Below, one piece after another: positions 11,543 to 18,579 of a DNA stretch of 32,000 nt. This DNA is from Candidatus Scalindua sp. (GTDB lineage: Bacteria > Planctomycetota > Brocadiia > Brocadiales > Scalinduaceae), in assembly GCA_031316235.1 (NCBI GenBank), contig JALDRA010000001.1, positions 2,220,001-2,252,000 on the forward strand. Reading direction: 5' to 3'. The position numbers and the translations under genes were made by a program. Every line of letters begins with the position of its first letter. The stretch's first letter is position 1. The notes below the pieces were generated by a model. That model did not search any database. It saw nothing but the letters and a program-made list of their open reading frames with translations, and was not told the DNA's origin.

Positions 11543-12292
11543 ATGAGGCTTTCAGGCAGGGTTGCTATAGTAACAGGGGGCAGCAGTGATAAAGGGAGTG
11601 CAATTTCGGAACTTCTGGCATCTGAGGGCGTCAGTGTAGCCATAAACTACCTGAGAAGCAAAGAAAAGGCAGAGTCTATCTTGAAAAAGATTGAGGAAAG
11701 TGGTGGCAGGGCAATGATATGTCAGGCAGATGTCACTAATAAAGAAAGTGTCGAGAGTATGGTCGATGCAACACGCAAGCAGTTTGGGTGTGTAGACATT
11801 CTGGTAAATAACGTCCATGGTAAAATATGTCGGAAGCCTTTCGGAGAAACCGTATGGAACGAATATGAAGAGAATTTACATGGAGCTGTAAAGGGCGCAT
11901 ACAACTGTTGCCAGTCTGTTCTTGAAGAGATGAAAAATAAGAAATGGGGAAGGATCATCAACGTTATTGATAATATTGTGAATGATCCTGTGTCTGGATA
12001 CAGCAGCTATATCACGGCGCAATCCGCATTAATCGGTCTTACACGGAGCCTTGCAGTCGATTTGGGCCTCTACGGCATAACCGTTAATTTGATAAATACA
12101 GGATTTACCGTTACCGGAAAAACCCCGCATGCCCCCCTCAGCGTTCAGGAGGAGATAACCCGGCAGACACCTTTAAAGCGTCTCGCATTACCAACAGACA
12201 TAGCGAAAGCCTTGCTTTTTTATGCTTCAGATTGGTCTGATTTTGTTACAGGAAATTGTCTCATAGTGGATGGCGGTAAGGCGATGCATTGA
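11543..12292 (+). CDS. short-chain dehydrogenase/reductase-family protein with atypical active-site residues
   Basis: 249 aa with FabG-like architecture (VAIVTGGSS..., LVNNVHG, C-terminal GNCLIVDGG). The Gly motif is TGGSSDKG, and the catalytic YxxxK reads Y156-I-T-A-Q160. Confidence 0.8.
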   Translation: MRLSGRVAIVTGGSSDKGSAISELLASEGVSVAINYLRSKEKAESILKKIEESGGRAMICQADVTNKESVESMVDATRKQFGCVDILVNNVHGKICRKPFGETVWNEYEENLHGAVKGAYNCCQSVLEEMKNKKWGRIINVIDNIVNDPVSGYSSYITAQSALIGLTRSLAVDLGLYGITVNLINTGFTVTGKTPHAPLSVQEEITRQTPLKRLALPTDIAKALLFYASDWSDFVTGNCLIVDGGKAMH

Positions 12293-12404
12293 GTGCAGAC
12301 CTATTCTTTGAAAGAGGCGAGAGCTGATTCCGGTCTCGGAAGAGCTGTCAGAGAAACAGTTCGCACCAGGCTTGTTTTTCTGGAGAAGGTATTCAAGTAT
12401 TTAT

Positions 12405-12427
12405 CAAGGCAGGAGGTTTCTGCCTTG
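12405..12427 (+). terminator. possible intrinsic terminator after the SDR gene
   Basis: 8-bp stem CAAGGCAG / CTGCCTTG with a 7-nt loop. A T-run (TGTTTTTATT) follows about 10 nt later, so the spacing is not ideal. Confidence 0.3.
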
Positions 12428-12707
12428 GTCAATATGTTTTTATTATGGTACTGCAGTAATAATAAGTGATGCAAATGTATATTGTCACGATGTGCCGTCA
12501 TGTTCAAACCAGTTGACGGTAAGCCTTTTAGCTTGATTTTTCAGGTTCCATAAGTTATCCTTACGTTGCTCTGATCTATTGTACACCCGTAATCTGCGAT
12601 CAAGTTAACGGTAACCTGTCAGTCAATATGAGCCTTCTCATTCGTATGCGTTCTGCTTTGTTATCACATCTAGCAAATTCAACTACTATCTTTTTGAGGG
12701 AATAGTT

Positions 12708-14426
12708 ATGAAAAAGAGACAATTTTCAATTGTGGCCTTAATGATGGTACTTTTGTTACTAGCCGGTTGTTTTCAACTTAAACCTGTTGGTGTTTTTGAT
12801 ACGAAGAAGCTTTTTAAAAAAAGTAGCCTGGAAAAAGACTTTTTCATGGGAAAGTATTCATCAAAAATTGACAATTTCATTATTATTCTTGATACATCAT
12901 CCTCTATGGGGGTAAGTTACGAAGGCAGGTTGTTTAAGGGATATTCCAAGCTGTTGGTAGCCAAGGATTTTATTAAACGGATGAACAATATAGTGCCTGA
13001 AATGAAAATCAAGGGAGCCATTCAGACATTTGGTGATAAAGTTACTAATCAGACAGAGACGGTATATGGACTGGTAACCCACTCTCGCTCCGCTCTGGAG
13101 CAGAGCTTGAACGCTATAAAAGTTTCCGTTGAGGGTAATAGCCCTGCCGGGATTGCTATCGATGCTACGGCTAAGCTGTTGAGTATGGTGGAAGGCAGGA
13201 ATGCAGTTATTCTGATAAGTGACGGTGAAAGGTTGGAAGACAATCCACTCATGAAGCTGCGGGCGCTCAAAGAACGATATGGAGACAGGACCTGCTTTTA
13301 CTCTGTCTGGGTAGGAAATAAACCTAAGGGTAAAAAAGTTATGGAAACGCTTGCACAAGAAATGCCATGTGGTTTATTTACAAGTGTTGACGAAACTTCG
13401 TCACGTAGAGAGATGGAAAATTTTGTTAAGAAAGTGTTCCTGGCAACAGGTGGAGACATTGAGAGTGACAGCGACGGAGATGGCGTTTATGACGATATAG
13501 ACAGGTGCCCCGGAACCCCGAGAGGAGTTCCCGTAGATGAGAAAGGGTGTCCTGAGGTGCGGGAAAAAATTCGTATTGACAGCGACGGAGATGGCATTTA
13601 TGACGATGTAGACAGGTGCCCCGGAACCCCGAGGGGAGTTCCCGTAGATGAGAAAGGGTGTCCTGAGGTGCGGGAAAAAATTCGTATTGACAGCGACGGA
13701 GATGGCGTTTATGACGATGTAGACAGGTGCCCTGGCACCCCGAGAGGAGTTCCCGTAGATGAGAAAGGGTGTCCTGAAGTACGGGAAAAAATTCGTATTG
13801 ATAGCGACCGGGACGGTGTTTATGATGATGTAGATTGGTGTCCGGATACCCCGATTGGAGTTGCGGTAGATGGAAAGGGGTGTCCAGAAATTCGCCGGAT
13901 AGATGCTGATGGAGATGGTATTTATGATGATGTGGATGAATGTCCAGATACCCCGGTCGGAGCCGAAGTAGACGAAAGAGGGTGTCCTGAAGATCTCCAG
14001 GCCGGCATTGATACGGATGGAGACGGTATTTACGATGATCGTGATGAATGCCCTGATACGCCGAAAGGTGCTATTGTCGATTTCAGGGGTTGCTGGGTAA
14101 TCAAGGGCGTTCAATTTGAATACAAAATGTGGGACATTTCTCCTCAATTTACAACAAACCTGGATAATGCAATACATGTTTTGACCAGGAACCGGGACTT
14201 GAAGATAAAGATAGTTGGACATACTGACAATGTTGGATCGATGGAATATAATATTGATCTTTCTGAGAAAAGAGCCAATGCAATTAAAGAATATTTCGTG
14301 GAAAATGGTATTGATAGATCAAGAATAACTACAACTGGAGTTGGGTTTTCACAGCCAATTGCAACTAATGATACACCTGAAGGGCGTGCTTTAAACCGGA
14401 GGGCCGAATTGATACCTATTGAATAA
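12708..14426 (+). CDS. lipoprotein with VWA domain, six thrombospondin type-3 (Ca-binding) repeats and a C-terminal OmpA-like peptidoglycan-binding domain
   Basis: Signal peptide plus lipobox LLLAGC. MIDAS-type DTSSS in IIILDTSSSM. Repeats of D-x-D-x-D-G-x-x-D-x-x-D-x-C-P. The OmpA_C block is GHTDNVGSMEYNIDLSEKRANAIKEYF...NRRAELI. Confidence 0.9.
   Translation: MKKRQFSIVALMMVLLLLAGCFQLKPVGVFDTKKLFKKSSLEKDFFMGKYSSKIDNFIIILDTSSSMGVSYEGRLFKGYSKLLVAKDFIKRMNNIVPEMKIKGAIQTFGDKVTNQTETVYGLVTHSRSALEQSLNAIKVSVEGNSPAGIAIDATAKLLSMVEGRNAVILISDGERLEDNPLMKLRALKERYGDRTCFYSVWVGNKPKGKKVMETLAQEMPCGLFTSVDETSSRREMENFVKKVFLATGGDIESDSDGDGVYDDIDRCPGTPRGVPVDEKGCPEVREKIRIDSDGDGIYDDVDRCPGTPRGVPVDEKGCPEVREKIRIDSDGDGVYDDVDRCPGTPRGVPVDEKGCPEVREKIRIDSDRDGVYDDVDWCPDTPIGVAVDGKGCPEIRRIDADGDGIYDDVDECPDTPVGAEVDERGCPEDLQAGIDTDGDGIYDDRDECPDTPKGAIVDFRGCWVIKGVQFEYKMWDISPQFTTNLDNAIHVLTRNRDLKIKIVGHTDNVGSMEYNIDLSEKRANAIKEYFVENGIDRSRITTTGVGFSQPIATNDTPEGRALNRRAELIPIE
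13467..13799 (+). repeat. 3 x 111-bp near-identical in-frame tandem repeat (TSP3 unit DSDGDG[VI]YDD[IV]DRCPGTPRGVPVDEKGCPEVREKIRI)
   Basis: Units start at 13467, 13578 and 13689 with exact 111-bp periodicity and only a handful of substitutions between them. Three more diverged units follow, to about 14090. Confidence 0.95.
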
Positions 14427-14542
14427 TCAAGGTCCCTGCATTGTCTTTCAGCTGTTGGTCAAGCAATAATAAAAACAGTGGCCTTGCTGTATCTGCCCAG
14501 CCAAGTAGTTGAATTTCTTCAGTAAACAATTAAAGAAATTCT

Positions 14543-16441
14543 ATGGAAAATAACAAAATCCTTGTTATGCTGGTTGAAGATAAGGAAAATCACATAGAAT
14601 TGATTCGAAATGTCTTCGAATCGGTCAAAGGGGAGATAAGTTTAGCTGTTGCTCGAAATCTTGCAGATGCACGGAGCCGTCTAAATAACGGTATCCCTGA
14701 CCTTGTAATTACCAGTTGGGTTTTGCCAGACGGTAAAGGGATTGAACTTTTGCCTGCAAAAAAAGAAAGAATTCCATTTCCGTTATTGGTTCTCGATGAG
14801 CACGGGGATCATCAGGTTGCGGTTGGAGTGATGAAGCTGGGTGCTGTGGATTACCGAGTAAAGGCTGAAGGTACAATAACCGACCTGCCTCTTATCTGTC
14901 AGGAGATTCTGCGCGAGTGGAGCGATAAACTTGCCCGCAAGAAGATACAACAGCAGATTCTTACATTGTCCAATGTTGTCCAGCAAATTCCTTATAGCAT
15001 AATTATAGCGGACAGCAGGGGCAACATAGAATACGTGAATCCCAGGTTTACCCAGATGACCGGTTACACATTAGAAGAGTCCATCGGGAAAAATCCACGT
15101 TTTTTACAATCAGGCAAGCTATCTCAAAACGTATACAAAAGCATGTGGAAAACCATTGCATCTGGTAATGAGTGGCGGGGTGGATTTTGTAATCGAAAGA
15201 AAAGCGGCGAGCTTTATTGGGAGTCTGCAACCATTTCTCCAATCCGGAACAGGGAAGGTGAGGTGACCCATTTCGTTGCGGTCAAGGAAGATATTACCGA
15301 GCAGAAAAAGGTGGAGCAGAAACTCTTTCAATCCGAGAAATTGAAAGCTCTTGGGATAATGGTATCCGGGGTTGCTCATGAGTTTAATAATATCCTGGCA
15401 ATTATAAAGGGATATGCACAGTTTCTTGAAATGTACCATCGAAATAAGTCAGAATTGAAGGTTGGTCTCCATACGATTAGTAAGGCAAGCGACGATGGTG
15501 CAGCTATTGTTCGAAGAATGAAGGACTTTGTTACTGCAGATGGAAGCTCCATATGGTTTGAATCGGTAGACATAAACGAGCTGATAAAACATGCAATTGA
15601 TTATTTAATGCCGAAATGGAAGATGATGGCAAGTGATAAAGGCATAAGCTATCACGTAGACATGAAATGCCTCAAGAAGGTGCCTCCTGTCAAGGGTACT
15701 CCTTCAGAGCTGAGGGAGGTATTGATAAACATTATAAATAACGCTCTTGAAGCGATGCCGAATGGAGGATCTCTCTCCTTTCGGTCGTGGGGGGAGGGTA
15801 AAAAAGTGTTTGTGTCAATTTCTGACACAGGCAGGGGTATGTCTGAGGGGGTTCAGAAAAGAATGTTTGACCCCTTTTTTACAACAAGAATGCCTGAAGG
15901 TACAGGTTTAGGGATGAGCGCAGTATACGGCATAATAAAAAGGCATAATGGCGAAATAAGTGTGGAGAGTCAGTTGGGTGTGGGAAGTACCATTACTTTG
16001 GAATTAAGTGCAACAAAAAAAACCGTAAACTCAATTATTTCTCCACGGTCAATCCATGGGGATATTAGTCCTCTCTACGTTCTCGTTGTGGAGAATGAGC
16101 AGGAAACCTGCAATGTTTTAGATAAATTTTTTACTAAAAAAGGGCACAACGTGAAATGTATCAATGATAGTGAGGGGGCGGTTGAACTTCTGAAAAAGGA
16201 AAAATTTGACCTGGTTTTGCTTGATATGGCTTTGAAAGGGGAGGGCAATGGTGTGGATGTGATACAGTTTCTTGATTCTCTGGATAAGAGGCCGAAAATC
16301 GGTTTTATGACTGATTGGAGGGGTAAGGCCGGGGTTATGAAGGGTGAACAGGTACAAGAAGATTTTGTTTTAAGGAAACCCTTTGATTTTTCGGAGCTCT
16401 CCATCACAATACATGTTTTATTCAGTAATTGGGGAAAGTAA
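14543..16441 (+). CDS. hybrid sensor histidine kinase (degenerate REC - PAS - HisKA - HATPase_c - REC)
   Basis: 632 aa. The PAS region is IEYVNPRFTQMTGYTLEE...HFVAVKEDITEQK. The H-box is SGVAHEFNNIL. The N, G1 and G2 boxes are NNALEAM, DTGRGM and GTGLGMS. The C-terminal receiver has DLVLLDMAL and LRKPF. Confidence 0.93.
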   Translation: MENNKILVMLVEDKENHIELIRNVFESVKGEISLAVARNLADARSRLNNGIPDLVITSWVLPDGKGIELLPAKKERIPFPLLVLDEHGDHQVAVGVMKLGAVDYRVKAEGTITDLPLICQEILREWSDKLARKKIQQQILTLSNVVQQIPYSIIIADSRGNIEYVNPRFTQMTGYTLEESIGKNPRFLQSGKLSQNVYKSMWKTIASGNEWRGGFCNRKKSGELYWESATISPIRNREGEVTHFVAVKEDITEQKKVEQKLFQSEKLKALGIMVSGVAHEFNNILAIIKGYAQFLEMYHRNKSELKVGLHTISKASDDGAAIVRRMKDFVTADGSSIWFESVDINELIKHAIDYLMPKWKMMASDKGISYHVDMKCLKKVPPVKGTPSELREVLINIINNALEAMPNGGSLSFRSWGEGKKVFVSISDTGRGMSEGVQKRMFDPFFTTRMPEGTGLGMSAVYGIIKRHNGEISVESQLGVGSTITLELSATKKTVNSIISPRSIHGDISPLYVLVVENEQETCNVLDKFFTKKGHNVKCINDSEGAVELLKKEKFDLVLLDMALKGEGNGVDVIQFLDSLDKRPKIGFMTDWRGKAGVMKGEQVQEDFVLRKPFDFSELSITIHVLFSNWGK

Positions 16442-16470
16442 AACATCGTATTCTTCTTCTGATTATAGCC

Positions 16471-16502
16471 TTGACATATCACAGGACGTGATATACTATA
16501 AT
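16471..16502 (+). promoter_or_regulatory. sigma70-like promoter with an embedded palindrome
   Basis: TTGACA (16471-16476), a 17-nt spacer, then TACTAT (16494-16499), with TATAAT overlapping at 16497-16502. The spacer is the perfect inverted repeat TATCAC-N5-GTGATA (16477-16493). Confidence 0.5.
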
Positions 16503-16579
16503 TTTTACTTTTTGTGCTGTTAACGAACGGAATTTTCCCTGATCGAGAGTTTTTGCCTCAGCTTTTTCAAGCTTCATGA

Positions 16580-16990
16580 CACTCAGGCACGTAGCATCAT
16601 ATCATACACTCAACCTGAGTTACGATACCATTTGTATTCATCTGCTGCAGAGAATGATGGTTTTACTGCAGGGGTAAGTTCAAATGACGGTAAAAAGGAC
16701 TTTCAGATAAAACGTTTGAGAAGACAAGAAAGCCTTTTTACCGCCCGTAGCGAGGGGGAAAGGAGAAAGCCCTCGCTGGGTGAGTACGGCAACCCCGATT
16801 ACGCTGTGGCGGCAACACGGGAGGGCGAGGATCGAAGTAACGGAGATGAAGGCTCCGGCCACATTTACCCCCGTACTCATCTCAGGTTTACTATATACCC
16901 ATTGCAAAATGATTATCGGTTTTCAGAACCCGATTTCACCCGGATTCATACTCAGGCATTCCGGAAATGATTTGCAATGGGTATATCAGG
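16580..16990 (+). ncRNA. candidate structured non-coding RNA, class unknown
   Basis: No credible ORF. There are several perfect long-range helices, listed in the findings, including a 16-bp stem at 16893-16908 / 16971-16986. The strand is inferred from the upstream promoter and from G-U pairs, and the boundaries are approximate. Confidence 0.35.
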
Positions 16991-17041
16991 AATATCGGCT
17001 GTTGAAACAGTACAAATAGCTCTTTTTGCGTATCTGCATGG

Positions 17042-17248
17042 CTAGTCCTGAAACTTTTTCACTTCGCTTTTAAGCGCTTTACTTAAGAGCATGAGTGCGA
17101 TCTCACTATCAGATCTACGCCGGTAATAGGGAGAGTCCTTTCGTTCTTTCAATTCCTGGATCATTTCTTTGATTTTGCCGTCCCGTTTTTCATTATAATA
17201 TATCTGTAGACATTTACCCATGGGTAACCTTTCGTCAAACCTGTTCAA
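17042..17248 (-). CDS. small ribbon-helix-helix-like protein (hypothetical)
   Basis: 68-aa ORF from TTG 17248, or 59 aa from ATG 17221 (MGKCLQIYYNEKRDG...). The pattern is a short beta strand (CLQIYY), helix (KIKEMIQELKER), then helix (SDSEIALMLLSKALKSEV), which is RHH-like. I recognise no family. Confidence 0.5.
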   Translation of the reverse strand: MNRFDERLPMGKCLQIYYNEKRDGKIKEMIQELKERKDSPYYRRRSDSEIALMLLSKALKSEVKKFQD

Positions 17249-17278
17249 GTCAAATCAACTTACGTTAAGTCTGGTTGC

Positions 17279-17307
17279 CTTATAGCAGCAAATAATCGAT
17301 GTGTCAA
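17279..17307 (-). promoter_or_regulatory. near-consensus sigma70 promoter for the RHH-like ORF
   Basis: On the minus strand: TTGACA (17307-17302), a 17-nt spacer, then TATAAG (17284-17279). It lies about 30 nt upstream of the ORF start. Confidence 0.55.
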
Positions 17308-17691
17308 GGAATAAATGTACTATTTTGTATATTTATTTCTTTTATCGCTATATATCGGAGAAGGGGAAACGGGAGAATATCTACTGTGGTCGGAATTTAT
17401 TGCAGGTTAGAACTCATTTATCAGCCTCCTCCATCCCCGCCTGTCTGAATAACGAAGTCTGGTCAGTAAGAAGGGAATCATCGGGCCGGTATCGGTACAG
17501 ACGGGAGGCAAAACGGTTCCCGCTGGTAAGAAACTAGTGAATAATCTGATTCATGGTTTGAATGGGTTGGTTTCTGTTGTTGCTGCGGCATTAGACAGAT
17601 CAGAAAAACATAAATCTGGAAGGCTTTTTGACTTTACCGGGTCAGGGTTCAGGGGAAAATACCATAATATGTTATCGCACTCAGTTTCAGG

Positions 17692-18345
17692 TCAATTTCC
17701 GGTATGCACCTGTGCTGCTTGAACCTGGAAAGGTGATATCCTGTTCAGGAGCGTTTGAAAAGGAAAATTTTTCCCGGGACAGGCAGTGAATTTCTGGGTA
17801 ACCTGGTTGTGTCCGATAACGTTTGATTTTGGTATGTGGTATCGATCGGAAAGATAGTTAGTCAGTCTTATTAATGAGTCCATTTGACTCTGTGTAGGTA
17901 CCTGTTCGTCTTCAAAGTTTCCTACAAGACAGATTCCAATGGCGATTCGATTTATGTCCATGTTTGCTGTATGGGCTCCATGGATCTGTTTTGTCCATCT
18001 ATCTCCAACTTCAATCTCACCATCTTTCGAACCGGAGCCGTTACCGATAACAAAATGATAGGCCAGGCCATTTGCCCATTTCCTTTTTTCTCTATGATAG
18101 GTATCAAAGGCATGAGCGTCCCCTCCATTGGTGGCGCTATGATGAATAACAATCTGCCGCCATGAATTCTCCTCTACCTCAACTCTGCACAGACTCTCAA
18201 TATCTACTAAAACTGTGACAGTTTTGTTTGCTCCGATAAATGGAAGACTGATGAATAGACCGACTGCAGTTATAATCTTTGCAAGTGCAAAAAATCTAAC
18301 ATGCCTCTCTGTTATTCTCATTATCTTGGCCATTATAATATACAT
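17692..18345 (-). CDS. N-acetylmuramoyl-L-alanine amidase (Amidase_2 / PGRP fold) with N-terminal membrane anchor
   Basis: 217 aa. IVIHHSAT...AYHFVIGNG...IHGAHT...IGICLVGNF...VIGHNQV...CPGKNFP is the AmpD/PGRP-type zinc amidase pattern. The N-terminal hydrophobic segment is FFALAKIITAVGLFISLPFIG. Confidence 0.88.
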   Translation of the reverse strand: MYIIMAKIMRITERHVRFFALAKIITAVGLFISLPFIGANKTVTVLVDIESLCRVEVEENSWRQIVIHHSATNGGDAHAFDTYHREKRKWANGLAYHFVIGNGSGSKDGEIEVGDRWTKQIHGAHTANMDINRIAIGICLVGNFEDEQVPTQSQMDSLIRLTNYLSDRYHIPKSNVIGHNQVTQKFTACPGKNFPFQTLLNRISPFQVQAAQVHTGN

Positions 18346-18579
18346 GAGTGATATAAAGCAATTTAAAACATTAATTTGTCAAGCCAGAATTGAAATGTTC
18401 AAAACATGAATTGATTCCTTTTGTTTCCCCTTATTTTCCGGCCATGGCTAAGATCCGCAAGGCATCCGGTCGTTTAATTTGTCCAATAACCGTTGTCTTG
18501 ACACTCAATAGTAATTATGATAGGATTTATCAACATTAATGTTTTCTGAATACTGCTTGCTGTAATATGCCTATATGTA

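Noticed and set aside
13467-14090. Regularly spaced direct repeats, considered as a possible CRISPR array.
   Set aside because: The repeats are 111-bp in-frame coding units of a Ca-binding TSP3 domain with no unique spacers. There are no cas genes in the window.
13401-14222. 273-aa ORF on the minus strand.
   Set aside because: It is antisense to the well-supported TSP3/OmpA lipoprotein gene. It stays open only because of the repetitive GAY-rich coding repeats, and the protein is low-complexity. The same reasoning applies to other long antisense ORFs inside hemL, atpA, atpD, priA, guaB and the helicase.
16697-16934. RNase P RNA-like fragments: GAAAGTCC on the minus strand (16697-16704) and CAGAACCCG on the plus strand (~16923-16931).
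   Set aside because: The two fragments are on opposite strands. The remaining universally conserved RNase P blocks, such as GAGGAAAGUCCGGGC in full and the P4 partners, are absent.
16632-16970. The ORF translation contains ...GNPDYAVAA..., which resembles a tmRNA tag peptide (…YALAA). GGGGTAA (16671-16677) can pair with TTACCCC (16865-16871) like an acceptor stem.
   Set aside because: No stop codon follows the AA. There is no T-arm with a TΨC-type loop next to the 3' strand and no CCA or discriminator context. The paired ends are only ~190 nt apart, which is far too short for tmRNA.
17461-17660. B12-riboswitch-like snippets on the + strand: AAGAAGGGAAUC, UUCCCGCUGGUAAG and GGUCAGGGUUCAGG.
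   Set aside because: The core GCCCCGCAACUGUAA, the CCACUG/GGGAAGG pair and the B12 box are all degenerate. No downstream + strand gene exists. The similarity is too weak to call.
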